From positions 16,028 to 80,027 of the forward strand of contig NZ_JADGFC010000001.1 of NCBI RefSeq assembly GCF_016744025.1: DNA of 64,000 bases, written 5' to 3'. Below the pieces are notes generated by a model, which was given only the letters and a program-made list of their open reading frames with translations, was not told the origin of the DNA and made no database searches. Of the stretch, positions 46,746-57,052 are shown piece after piece. Position numbers and translations under genes: made by a program. Each line of letters begins with the position of its first letter. Position 1 is the stretch's first letter. The DNA comes from Sulfurimonas sp. Lineage in GTDB: Bacteria > Campylobacterota > Campylobacteria > Campylobacterales > Sulfurimonadaceae.

Positions 46746-48260
46746 ATGACAATAGACAATAATACAGTATCTTACAAAGACTTCTTAAAAAAAGGAACTG
46801 TTAAACTAAATGATTCTCAAGAGTTTATAGATTTTATAAATGCTGGACATGACTTTTTAATTGAAAATATTAGCAAAGGTCGCCCTATCTATGGTGTTAC
46901 TACTGGTTATGGTGAAGCTGGACAAAACTATGCAGCTTTTGAAGAAGCAGAAGAGCTTCAGTATAATCTCTTTTCTTTTCATGGCTGTGGTGTAGGTGAA
47001 TATTTAAGTGCTGATGTGTCTCGTATTATGACTACTGTTAGGATGATAAGTCTCTCAAAAGGTAAAAGTGGAATTAGCTATGATTTACTTAAGAGATTTG
47101 AACTTCTTTTAGATAAAGAGATTTATCCTCTTATCCCATCTCAAGGTTCAGTTGGAGCAAGTGGAGATTTAACTCCTCTTTCTTATATTGCAGCAGCTAT
47201 TGCTGGAGAGAGAGAAGTTATATATAAGGGTGAAGAAAGACCTACTAGTGAAGTTTATAAAGAGTTAGGTATTACTCCTTACAAGTTTAAAGCAAAAGAG
47301 GCTTTAGCTATTATGAACGGTACAGCAGCTATGAGTGCTATTGCCATAGATGCTATTGAAAAGTTTGAAATTTTACTTGATACATCTGAGAGTTTTGTTG
47401 CATCTGTATTTGAACTTCTTCTTTGTGATATCACTCCGCTTGAACCATTTGTTCATGACTCAAAACCTTTTGATGGTCAAAAACTTGCAGCTTCAAATAT
47501 ACTAAAGAAATGTATAAACTCATCTCTTACTCATGAAGCATTTAGCAGATATGAAAACTTCCATTTAGAAAAAGAACAAAATATTCAAGATAGATATTCT
47601 ATTCGTTGTTCACCACAAGTATTAGGTGTTATACATGATAATTTAGATATTGCCAAAAAATGGATAGAAACTGAGATTAATGGTGTAAATGACAATCCTC
47701 TTATAGATCATATCGGTAAAAGAATCTACACTTCGGGTAACTTTTACGGTGGTTATATAGCTCATGCAATGGATACAATGCGTATTTGTGTTGGTAACTT
47801 AGCTGACTTACTTGATAAAGAATTTGGACTTTTAGTTGACCATAAATTTAACAAAGGCTTAGGTGAATCTCTTAAACTAAATACAAAATCTACTCATCAC
47901 GGCTTTAAAGCAATGCAAATAACTCTTAGTTCACTGACTGCAGATGTCATTATGAATACAGTCCCTGCATCTCTGCACTCTCGTCCTACAGAGTCGTTTA
48001 ACCAAGACAAAGTTAGTATGGGAACAACAGCAGCTCTTCATTTTGCAAAGCAGTTACCTGATTTAACAAATATGCTTAGTATTGCTCTTATGGGAATGGC
48101 TCAAGGAGTTGATTTAAGAGGTAAAGAGAAGTGTTCTGCATTTTTACAAAACAACTTTGAAACTATTAGAAGTGAAGTCCAAAAGCTTACTAATGATAGA
48201 AGAATGGATATAGATATTAAAGTAGTCAATAAAATGATTAGAGAAGGTCTTTTCTCATGA
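46746..48260 (+). CDS. MIO-dependent aromatic amino acid ammonia-lyase (HAL/TAL/PAL family)
   Basis: MIO-forming triad in SQGSVGASGDLTPLSYIA. Also YGVTTGYG, NDNPLI and QDRYSIRC family motifs. Confidence 0.9.
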   Translation: MTIDNNTVSYKDFLKKGTVKLNDSQEFIDFINAGHDFLIENISKGRPIYGVTTGYGEAGQNYAAFEEAEELQYNLFSFHGCGVGEYLSADVSRIMTTVRMISLSKGKSGISYDLLKRFELLLDKEIYPLIPSQGSVGASGDLTPLSYIAAAIAGEREVIYKGEERPTSEVYKELGITPYKFKAKEALAIMNGTAAMSAIAIDAIEKFEILLDTSESFVASVFELLLCDITPLEPFVHDSKPFDGQKLAASNILKKCINSSLTHEAFSRYENFHLEKEQNIQDRYSIRCSPQVLGVIHDNLDIAKKWIETEINGVNDNPLIDHIGKRIYTSGNFYGGYIAHAMDTMRICVGNLADLLDKEFGLLVDHKFNKGLGESLKLNTKSTHHGFKAMQITLSSLTADVIMNTVPASLHSRPTESFNQDKVSMGTTAALHFAKQLPDLTNMLSIALMGMAQGVDLRGKEKCSAFLQNNFETIRSEVQKLTNDRRMDIDIKVVNKMIREGLFS

Positions 48261-48312
48261 TAAGAATTAAAATTCAATGCAGTGAGGCACTAACCCTCAA
48301 CCAAAAAGGACT

Positions 48313-49017
48313 ATGATGACGAATCGTAAGAAGGTTCTAGTAACCGGTTCAACAGGCTCAATTGGTGAAGCTTGTGCTAGATATTTTCATGATAATGGAT
48401 ACTTTGTATATCTTCACTACCGTTCACAAGAGTCAAAAGCAAAAGAGTTAAACGCAGAACTTTCAAACTCTCAAACTCTTCAGTTTGACATCACAAAAAA
48501 AGATGAAGTTGTGAGTGCTATTGGTGAGTTAGAACTTGATGTTTTAGTTAATAATGCTGGTATAACAAAAGATAATCTTTTCTTTTGGATGAGTGATGAA
48601 GAGTGGAGTGATGTAATAGACACTTCTGTAAATGGAACTTTTTACGTAACAAAAGCAATTCTAAAAAATATGATTGCAAATAAAAAGGGTTCAATTATAA
48701 ACGTTGCATCTATATCTGGTCTTGTTGGAAATGCAGGTCAAACAAATTATTCAGCAGCAAAAGGTGCAATGATAGCTTTTACAAAAGCCCTATCAGCAGA
48801 AGTTGCAAGATATAAGATTAGAGTGAATGCAGTAGCTCCTGGACTGGTTGAATCTGAAATGACAAAAGAATTAGATTTAAAAGAGATGAAAAAAGCAATT
48901 CCACTAAAGAGAATTGGTAAGCCTGAAGATATAGCAGAATGTGTCTTCTTCTTAGGAGATAAAGCGAGCTATGTAACTGGTGAAGTTTTAAATATCAGTG
49001 GTGGTATGGTACGATGA
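48313..49017 (+). CDS. fabG: 3-oxoacyl-ACP reductase
   Basis: VTGSTGSIGEA, NNAGI, NVASISG and YSAAKGA catalytic motifs. Confidence 0.88.
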   Translation: MMTNRKKVLVTGSTGSIGEACARYFHDNGYFVYLHYRSQESKAKELNAELSNSQTLQFDITKKDEVVSAIGELELDVLVNNAGITKDNLFFWMSDEEWSDVIDTSVNGTFYVTKAILKNMIANKKGSIINVASISGLVGNAGQTNYSAAKGAMIAFTKALSAEVARYKIRVNAVAPGLVESEMTKELDLKEMKKAIPLKRIGKPEDIAECVFFLGDKASYVTGEVLNISGGMVR

Positions 49018-50336
49018 ATATTGCAATAGTTGGAGGAGGATTAAGTGGCCTTCTATGTGCTTTTCTTCTAGAGAAAAAAGGCTATTCGCCAACTATTTAT
49101 GAAAAACTTCCAAAGACTGGTGGAGTAATTGATTCATTTAGAAGAAAAAAGATCATGTTTGATGTAGGTTTTCACTACTCTGGATCACTAGCACCTAAAC
49201 AGTTCTTATATGAAGAGTTTAAAAAATATGGTCTGCTAGATAAACTGGAGCTTTACTCTTATGAGGGAGATTTTGACACACTTTACTTTGATGAAGAAAA
49301 GTTTTCAATACCAAATAGTTCTGTAGAATTTAAGCAAAAGCTTCAAACATATTTTGAATCTGAAAAAGATGCTTTAGATATTTTCTTTGATAAGTGTTAT
49401 GAAGCTTCTAAAATTACCCTAAAAGTAAAAGACGATTATACAAATATTGATTCACGCTCTTTAGGGAGTGTGATGTCTGATATAAAAGATACTAAATTAA
49501 GAAAGATACTTCTTCATTTTACTATTTTTTACGCAGAGGTTCAATACGAAGATGCTTCTTTTGAAATATATGCAAAAATTATGATAAATATGCTTGATGG
49601 AACAAGAAAGATAAAAGGAAATGGAAGAGCAATTGTAGATGCCCTAAAAAGTGGACTTAAAAATACAACTATTAAAACTAGAGATGAAATATCTCAAATA
49701 ATTCATGATGAAAATGGTATACAAGCACTTAAATGTAAGGATGGAATCATCAAATACGATGCTGTAATAAGCACTCTACATCCAAGAACAACAACATCTC
49801 TTCTTAACTTAGAAAACAAAAAACTAAAACGATATGCTAAACATGTAAGTGAACTTAAAGAGTCTCCAACATTTTTCTCAATCTTTTGTCTTGTAGATGC
49901 AGATATAGCTTCAAACCTCTACTTTTATGGCGATGATTGTATCTCTGTTTTACCATCAACTAAAATCAATGATAAGAGAGCTATAACAGTTATAGCAAGA
50001 AGTAATTATACAGACTATACAAATCTTGAAAAAGAAGAATATAAAAGACGAAAACAAGAAGAGTGTAAGTATCATATTTCAACATTAAAAAAACTATATG
50101 ACTTTGGTGAGATAGAAGTTATTGATTGTTCAACTCCCCTTACAAAGCAACATTATTCTAATGGACATGAAGGAAGTGCTTACGGAATCTTATGTTCTGC
50201 AAAGCAAAAAAGTCTTTCAATGGTAATGCCAAAAACTAGAGTTGAAAATTTATACTTAGCAGGTGAAAGTGCCTTAGCTCCTGGGCTTCTTGGATGCTAT
50301 TTAGGTGCTCAAAAAGTTATGAACTACTTTGAATAA
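49014..50336 (+). CDS. NAD(P)/FAD-dependent oxidoreductase (CrtI/amine-oxidase-like)
   Basis: N-terminal IAIVGGGLSGLLCAFLLEKKG dinucleotide motif. 440 aa. Confidence 0.7.
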   Translation: MNIAIVGGGLSGLLCAFLLEKKGYSPTIYEKLPKTGGVIDSFRRKKIMFDVGFHYSGSLAPKQFLYEEFKKYGLLDKLELYSYEGDFDTLYFDEEKFSIPNSSVEFKQKLQTYFESEKDALDIFFDKCYEASKITLKVKDDYTNIDSRSLGSVMSDIKDTKLRKILLHFTIFYAEVQYEDASFEIYAKIMINMLDGTRKIKGNGRAIVDALKSGLKNTTIKTRDEISQIIHDENGIQALKCKDGIIKYDAVISTLHPRTTTSLLNLENKKLKRYAKHVSELKESPTFFSIFCLVDADIASNLYFYGDDCISVLPSTKINDKRAITVIARSNYTDYTNLEKEEYKRRKQEECKYHISTLKKLYDFGEIEVIDCSTPLTKQHYSNGHEGSAYGILCSAKQKSLSMVMPKTRVENLYLAGESALAPGLLGCYLGAQKVMNYFE

Positions 50337-50349
50337 AAAAGGAGAAAAG

Positions 50350-51773
50350 ATGAATGACATTATATTTATAAACCCTCCCTATGAGCAAATTGCACCTGGG
50401 AATGATCATGTTAAACATGTTATAAATAGATCACCATCTTTAGGACTTTTATTATTAGCTGCTCAAGCTAGAAAAGACGGATATTCTCCAAAAATCATAG
50501 AGAGTGACTTAGAAAATTTATCTCCTCAAACCGTAGCAAATATGGTTCTTGAAATAAATCCAAAGTTTGTGGGCATCACACTTTTTACAGTAGGTGTTTT
50601 TAATGCTGCAATCATAGCCAAACTAATTAAAGAAAAAAATCCTAATATCGTAATTATGGTAGGTGGCCCACATATATCTTCTATGGGTTTTGAGACTATG
50701 CAAAAATTTGAAAATTTTGATATTGCAGCTCTTTATGAAGGTGAATTGATACTTAATAAACTACTCTCAAGTATAGAAAACAATGATCCTCTAGAAGAAG
50801 TTCAAGGAATAGTATACAGAGACGAAAATAACACTTTAAGAAGAACCCCTCCTCCACCAAGTATAAAAGACTTAGACTCACTGCCCATCCCAGCGTGGGA
50901 CCTTTTACCAAATTTTCCGAAAGCCTATCTTCCAGCAATTTTTGACTACCCAAGAGCTCCAGTTGCTACTTATTCTGCTTCAAGAGGTTGTCCTTTTAAA
51001 TGTGAATTTTGTGACACTTCAACCTTTGGTACCAAAATCAGATATAACTCATCAAAAAAAGTACATGAGATTATGAAGCATTTGAGTCTAGAATATGGGA
51101 TTAAACATTTGCAGTTTGTTGATGATCTTTTTGTTGCTAATAATGCTAAAGTATTAGAGTTATGTGAACTTTTAATTACAGATAAGGTTGATATGACTTG
51201 GAGTTGTACAGCTAGAGTTGATACTGTTAAGCCAGATACATTAAAAAAAATGAAAGAAGCTGGATGCTGGGAAATTAGCTTTGGATTAGAGAGTGGTTCT
51301 GATGAAATGCTCAAAAATATGAAAAAATCAATTACAGCTGAAGTATCTGCTCGCGCTGTAAATTGGACTAGTGAAGCTGGAATCAGAGTAAAAGGCCTAT
51401 TTATGTTGGGTTATCCAGGAGAAACTAAAGAGAGTGTTAAAGTAACAAAAGAGTTTATTAAAAGTCTTCCTCTGACAACAATGAATCTCTCAAAATTTAC
51501 TCCATATCCAGGATCACAATTTATAAAAAGCTATACGGAACATCTATTAGAGAAGAAGATTGGGATAGACTTAACGGTATGAATTTTGTGTATAAAGCAG
51601 AGGCTTTTACTCAAGAAGAGCTCGACTATGAGTATAAAGAAGTAATTACTACATTTTACAAACGTGTTAAAATACTACTTCACTATCAAAATATGGCACT
51701 ATCCAACCCTACGCATATAAAGAGACTTTTACTCTTTTTTCTAGGGTTTATGAAAAAAAAGTTAAGGACTTAA
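50350..51773 (+). pseudogene. B12-binding radical SAM enzyme interrupted by a single-nucleotide frameshift near 51520-51530 (pseudogene, sequence error or recoding)
   Basis: Cobalamin-binding-like N-domain (FVGITLFT...IVIMVGGPHIS) and radical SAM CPFKCEFC. Frame A ends ...FTPYPGSQF, then junk and TGA at 51582. The other frame, open from 51462, reads YKKLYGTSIREEDWDRLNGMNFVYKAEAFTQEEL and continues into ORF 51579..51773. Confidence 0.65.
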
Positions 51774-51774
51774 T

Positions 51775-53004
51775 ATGAGAAGAGTTGTAATCACAGGTGT
51801 TGGTTTAAATTCACCACTAGGAAATAGCTATGAAGAACTTTACGAAAATTTAAAGAATGAGAAATGTGGGATTGAGTATGTTCCTGAGTGGGATGAAATA
51901 GATTATTTCGGAACAAAAATTGCCGGTGTAGTAAAGGATGTTGATTTAAAATCTATTCCAAGAAAATACCGCCGTTCAATGGATAGAGTAGCTCAACTTA
52001 GTGCAGTCTCAACTTCAGATGCAATCAATGACGCAAACTTAAACCAAGAAACTCTTAGTTCAAAAAGATGTGGTATTGCCTTTGGTTCAACTATGGGAGG
52101 AAATGAAACTCTTTTTGAGTATATCCCCGAAGTAAAAGAGAAGATGAGCTTTAGAGGACAAAATTCTATGGCATTTCTAAAAATAATGAGCCATACAGTA
52201 GCTGCAAACTTAGCACAGATGTTCTCAATTAAAGGTCGTAATATTCCTACATGTTCAGCTTGTACATCATCAGCACAAGCAATTGGAGCCGGTTATGAAA
52301 GTATTAAATATGGGATGAGTGATATCATGATATGTGGTGGGGCTGAAGGGCTTCATTATTTAGCTGGTGGAGTTTTTGATGTTATGGGTGCTGCAGCTAC
52401 AAAACATAATCATGAACCAACACTTGCATCTCGTCCATTTGATGAGAGTCGTGATGGATTAGTATTAGGAGAAGGAAGTGGCGCCTTAGTTTTAGAAGAA
52501 CTTGAACACGCTTTAGCTCGCGATGCTAAGATATATGGAGAAGTAATTGGATATGCAACATCTTGTGATGGCGAGCATATAACAACTCCATCTAAAGAGG
52601 GAATGATGCAGGTAATGGAGACATCTCTAGAAGATGCTTGTATTAAAGCACAAGATATTGAATATATTAATGCTCACGCTACTGCAACTCAAATGGGAGA
52701 TATAGCAGAATCAAATGCTACCTTTAATCTTTTTGGCTCTGAGACACCAGTTAGTAGTACAAAAGGTCATATGGGACATCTTCTAGGCGGATGTGGTGTT
52801 GTTGAAAGCATTATCTGTCTTATTGCATTAAACAAGTCATTTTTACCAAAAACAATGAACTTTAAAACATTAGATAAAAATTGCGCAAATATCAACGTTT
52901 TAGGAAAAAACATGCTAAAAGATATTACAATTGCGATGAATAATAACTTTGCATTTGGTGGGATTAACAGCTCACTTATTTTTAAAGACTACAAAGGTAA
53001 ATAA
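51775..53004 (+). CDS. FabF/FabB-type beta-ketoacyl-ACP synthase (KS 3)
   Basis: SACTSSAQAI (Cys), NAHATATQMGD and GHMGHLLGGCG (His), FAFGGINSSL. Confidence 0.9.
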   Translation: MRRVVITGVGLNSPLGNSYEELYENLKNEKCGIEYVPEWDEIDYFGTKIAGVVKDVDLKSIPRKYRRSMDRVAQLSAVSTSDAINDANLNQETLSSKRCGIAFGSTMGGNETLFEYIPEVKEKMSFRGQNSMAFLKIMSHTVAANLAQMFSIKGRNIPTCSACTSSAQAIGAGYESIKYGMSDIMICGGAEGLHYLAGGVFDVMGAAATKHNHEPTLASRPFDESRDGLVLGEGSGALVLEELEHALARDAKIYGEVIGYATSCDGEHITTPSKEGMMQVMETSLEDACIKAQDIEYINAHATATQMGDIAESNATFNLFGSETPVSSTKGHMGHLLGGCGVVESIICLIALNKSFLPKTMNFKTLDKNCANINVLGKNMLKDITIAMNNNFAFGGINSSLIFKDYKGK

Positions 53005-53006
53005 TA

Positions 53007-53255
53007 ATGACACGTGAAGATGTATATGACAAGATAGTATCTGTATTAGTTGAAGAGTTTGAAGTTGAAGCAGATGATATAAAAATGGAAGCCAACTTAT
53101 TTACAGACTTAGAACTAGACTCTCTAGATGCTATAGATTTAATGGTTACACTAGACAAAGAGCTAGGTATCGAGATAAAAACAGAAGAGATGAAAGACAT
53201 TAGAACAATATCTGATGTGTGTGATTTCGCTTTAGCTGCTAATGAAGATGAGTAG
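53007..53255 (+). CDS. Acyl carrier protein (cluster ACP 3)
   Basis: 82 aa. DLELDSLDAIDL attachment motif. Confidence 0.85.
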   Translation: MTREDVYDKIVSVLVEEFEVEADDIKMEANLFTDLELDSLDAIDLMVTLDKELGIEIKTEEMKDIRTISDVCDFALAANEDE

Positions 53256-53790
53256 TGTCTTTACACTACTTTTTGCTCCAAGCTTTTTAATATTTCTACA
53301 CTACTTTGAATTTAAAGTAGTTCTTAGCATATATATCGTCCTATCAATACTACTTTTTATATTCACATACATAAAACATAAATTTTCTAAAAACTTACTA
53401 ATTCCAACTATATACTTTTCATTACTTTTAATTTCATACTTTTTTGCCAGTTTTACAATAATTAAATTTATTCCAGTTATTATTTCAATGATGTTTCTTA
53501 CTCTCTTTATTGATGCTACAATTAATAAAAGAGAACTCATTCTTAAATTTACACAAAAATTTTATCCAAAAAAATTAGCTAAAGAAGAGATTGCTTTTTT
53601 AAAAAATGGCGATAAATATTGGGTTTGGGTTATTTCTATATCTACTATATTCCAATTTGCACTTATTTTTTATGATGATGTTTTTTGGGCATTTTATAGC
53701 TCTGCAGGTTGGTATATGTTTTTCTTTATATCTTTGATTATTCAGATACTTTATGGGAGGTTCTATGCGATTAGGTTGTATAGCAAGTAG
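53242..53790 (+). CDS. Polytopic membrane protein (same position as ApeG-type membrane proteins)
   Basis: 182 aa with 5-6 TM helices. No catalytic motif recognised. Confidence 0.4.
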   Translation: MKMSSVFTLLFAPSFLIFLHYFEFKVVLSIYIVLSILLFIFTYIKHKFSKNLLIPTIYFSLLLISYFFASFTIIKFIPVIISMMFLTLFIDATINKRELILKFTQKFYPKKLAKEEIAFLKNGDKYWVWVISISTIFQFALIFYDDVFWAFYSSAGWYMFFFISLIIQILYGRFYAIRLYSK

Positions 53791-54490
53791 TTTTGCATTT
53801 ATACTTTTTTTTGGTCTTATTGGGTTGTTCGTATTCCCCTCACTAATCATTTATGCACTCTTTTATCCATTTGATAAGTACCCTCAAGATAAGTTTCAAT
53901 ATCTGTCTTCTGTAATTTACAAAATCTTTTTTGCTCTTATGCCTGGAATCAGACTTGATATCAATTTGTCAGAGAATCTTCCAGATAGTGCTATTTATGT
54001 TTCAACACATCAGTCAAACTTAGACTACCCTATCTTGGGTTATTTTATAAAAAAATATATAATTATGACTAATATGAATTTTAAAAAAATTCCATTTATC
54101 TCTCAAGTAGGTCACCTTATAGGAATAAGACATTTAGACAAAAGAAACCTTGGCAAGATTAATAATACATACATGGAATTTGAGCAGATGCTAAAAGAAA
54201 ATAGAAATATAGTTTTTTTTGTAGAAGGTACTCGTGGCAATGGAATAACTCTTGGTAAATTTAAAAAAGGTGCTTTTCGTTTAGCTATGAAGATGAATAA
54301 ACCTATTGTTCCAGTAGTTATCCAAGGAACAGGAGATATTCTCTCAAAAGGAAATTTTTGTTTCTCACACAATAGAGAATCAAAGATCAGAGTCCGGACA
54401 TTAGATGCTATCTATCCAGATAAGTTTTCTAATGAAAACGATATGCTAAAATACACATATAAAATAATGAGTGAGTCATGTCAAAAATAA
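53765..54490 (+). CDS. PlsC-family 1-acyl-sn-glycerol-3-phosphate acyltransferase-like protein
   Basis: HX4D motif STHQSNLD and FFVEGTRG motif. GGGAGG RBS 5 nt before ATG 53765. Confidence 0.85.
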   Translation: MRLGCIASSFAFILFFGLIGLFVFPSLIIYALFYPFDKYPQDKFQYLSSVIYKIFFALMPGIRLDINLSENLPDSAIYVSTHQSNLDYPILGYFIKKYIIMTNMNFKKIPFISQVGHLIGIRHLDKRNLGKINNTYMEFEQMLKENRNIVFFVEGTRGNGITLGKFKKGAFRLAMKMNKPIVPVVIQGTGDILSKGNFCFSHNRESKIRVRTLDAIYPDKFSNENDMLKYTYKIMSESCQK

Positions 54491-54963
54491 TCATACTAAT
54501 TTTTAGCTTTTTAATAGCAAATGCAAATACTTTTAACTTTACTGAACTTAGATATAGTGATGCTCTGGGTAGTAGCATGGAACTTCACGGTGAGATTAGT
54601 TTTTTTAAAAATGGTTTATCTATAAACTATGTTGATGCTAAAAAAACTCTGCAGCTAAATGATTCAATACTAACTTATAAAGAAGACATGCAAGTAGTCC
54701 CTCTTGATGAAGAGCGAAGTGAACAGATTACTCAATACCTAGAAACAGTATTTTTACTTCATAGTGGTGATAATGAGTTATTAAATAGCATGTTTGATAT
54801 AGAAACTATTAATGAAAAAAGCATACTAAAACCAATAGGAAGTATTAGTTATTTCGTTTCTTCAATTGAATTGAGTAAAGATAAGAATACAATAAAAGAA
54901 GTAAAACTTTTTTTGAAAAACAGTGATGAAATAACAATAAAAATAGATAATGAAATACGCTAA
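54478..54963 (+). CDS. Periplasmic LolA-like carrier protein (assignment by context)
   Basis: Signal peptide, ~160 aa. Sits between the acyltransferase and the MMPL-type exporter, as the LolA-like gene does in APE clusters. Sequence evidence is weak. Confidence 0.4.
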   Translation: MSKIIILIFSFLIANANTFNFTELRYSDALGSSMELHGEISFFKNGLSINYVDAKKTLQLNDSILTYKEDMQVVPLDEERSEQITQYLETVFLLHSGDNELLNSMFDIETINEKSILKPIGSISYFVSSIELSKDKNTIKEVKLFLKNSDEITIKIDNEIR

Positions 54964-57052
54964 CTACATAATTCTTACCCTTCTTCTTGGGCTAGCTTTT
55001 TTACTTAAAGAACATATAAATATATCTACAAACTTACTATCACTATTTGCGTCTGAGGAATCCATCAAGAAGTTAAATATTGCTTCTAAACTAGGCTACT
55101 CCAAAGAGATGCTAATCGCAGTAAAAGGCTTTGATAATTCTTCAAAAACAAAGCTTCTTGAACTCTCCAAAAAGTTAAATAAGCTGGATGGCATAAAAAG
55201 CGTACAATCTACTTTAACACCTTCTAAGAAGCAACTTGATTACTACAAAAAAAACTACCCTCTTCTAACTTCTTTTAATGATGAAATTCAAAACGCTCAA
55301 AGTATAAGAGAGAAACTTCAAAATTCTTATAATGAAATGACCACAAATATTTTTTACTCAAATATTGATAAAAATGATCCTCTGAAGCTTTTCAATCTAG
55401 AAAGAAAAAAGACAAGCCTCTCTCATAAGGGAGAGTATTTAGCACTTGGAGGGTATGGATATCTTATGCGTGTAAGTACTGATGTTTCCGCCTCTGATAT
55501 TAGTAAAGCAAAAATTTTATATGAAGAAGTAAACTCAATTTTAAATGAGTATTCTGATGTTGTTGCTTTCGCTCCATTTTTTTATACGGTTGAAAATTCT
55601 ACAAAGATTAAAGCTGATGTAAAATGGATAATTCTTCTATCGTCCATAGTTCTAATCCTAATTTACTATATACTCATAAAAAATATTCGCTTACTCTCAC
55701 ATACATTATTAGCCCTATTCTCTTCTATGGTATCTGCAACTCTTGTTAGTACTATGTTATATCCAAATTTCAATGTTTTATCCTTAGCTTTTGGTATGAG
55801 TATAACCGCGGTTAGCATTGATTATCTTCTTCATTATTATTTTCATAACTTCTATCAAGATAAAAGTATCGTAGATAAAAATGTTCTTTATGGATTTTTA
55901 ACTACAACAGTAGCCTTTGGAATTTTTTCTTTAATCCCTATTCCAATTATTTCACAAATAAGTTTCTTCGCAGTTCTTTCGCTATCTTTTGCTTATTTTT
56001 TGTTTACGTTTATTTTCAAAAAACTCAATATATCTGAGTATAGACAAGATGCAGTTATTAGTTCTAAGTCTAAAAAATTATCATCTTCTACTTTTTTTAT
56101 ATTTTCTCTTATGCTAATAAGTTTTAGTATATATAATCTTTCTCTAGATAATAATATTAGAAATTTAGACTATCAAAATACAAAACTTATAAATACAGAA
56201 AACTTTTTTAAATCATCCATAAAAACAAATCTAAAACCAGTAATCATACAAGCAAAGTCAAAAGATGAACTTATGAATAATCTTCATTTACTACATTATG
56301 AACTCCCTAGTAGCTTCTCTTTAGCTTCTTTTGTTCAAGACAAAAAAAGCTGTGAGAAAAGAAGAAAGTTACTACAAAATTATGATTTCTCAAATCTAAA
56401 CACCATCTTAAATATTGAAGCTTCTAAGATAGGATTTAGAGACTCTTACTTTAAAGATGCATATTCATTCACTAAAGATATACCAAAATGTAAAATACCT
56501 AATCTAGAAATATTCAACTCTTATAATCTCTATATATACAATGATAAAAGTACTTATTATACTATGGCTTTTATAGATGATATGTCAAAAGCCTCTATCT
56601 TTAGTTTTGTATCAGATATAGATGTTAAAAAGATGTTTTCCCAACAAGCTGATAAGATGTATGATGATTTAGCTTTATATTCCAGTTTAGTTATTACAGC
56701 TGTTTTCATACTACTTTTCTTTAGTGTAAAGACAAAATTTTTATACGCTTTAAACTATATAATATTTCCTTCTAGTTTTGTACTTGCTATTTTAAGTGCT
56801 ATTTACACTATAAATCTTATGCATCTATTTTCTCTTATTATACTAATAGCTATTGGGATTGACTACGGAATTTACATGAGTAATACAAGTAAAAAATCTA
56901 ATACTATTTTAGCAATAAGATACTCTTTACTTAGTACTTTTGCAGGTTTTGGAGTATTAGCTTTTAGCTCTATAGTAGCATTGCAGTCTATTGGAATAGT
57001 CATTATCTTAGGTGTTATATCAATTTTTATACTTATTAGGAGTCAAAAGTGA
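54950..57052 (+). CDS. MMPL/RND-like membrane exporter
   Basis: 700 aa. Two blocks of ~5-6 TM helices, each preceded by a soluble domain. Confidence 0.65.
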   Translation: MKYANYIILTLLLGLAFLLKEHINISTNLLSLFASEESIKKLNIASKLGYSKEMLIAVKGFDNSSKTKLLELSKKLNKLDGIKSVQSTLTPSKKQLDYYKKNYPLLTSFNDEIQNAQSIREKLQNSYNEMTTNIFYSNIDKNDPLKLFNLERKKTSLSHKGEYLALGGYGYLMRVSTDVSASDISKAKILYEEVNSILNEYSDVVAFAPFFYTVENSTKIKADVKWIILLSSIVLILIYYILIKNIRLLSHTLLALFSSMVSATLVSTMLYPNFNVLSLAFGMSITAVSIDYLLHYYFHNFYQDKSIVDKNVLYGFLTTTVAFGIFSLIPIPIISQISFFAVLSLSFAYFLFTFIFKKLNISEYRQDAVISSKSKKLSSSTFFIFSLMLISFSIYNLSLDNNIRNLDYQNTKLINTENFFKSSIKTNLKPVIIQAKSKDELMNNLHLLHYELPSSFSLASFVQDKKSCEKRRKLLQNYDFSNLNTILNIEASKIGFRDSYFKDAYSFTKDIPKCKIPNLEIFNSYNLYIYNDKSTYYTMAFIDDMSKASIFSFVSDIDVKKMFSQQADKMYDDLALYSSLVITAVFILLFFSVKTKFLYALNYIIFPSSFVLAILSAIYTINLMHLFSLIILIAIGIDYGIYMSNTSKKSNTILAIRYSLLSTFAGFGVLAFSSIVALQSIGIVIILGVISIFILIRSQK

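Noticed and set aside
33710-51314. Other long antisense ORFs inside the cluster (33710..34039-, 43353..43787-, 50970..51314-, 53599..53850-, etc.)
   Set aside because: Each is fully embedded in a motif-supported plus-strand gene within a tightly coupled operon. None has an independent signal.
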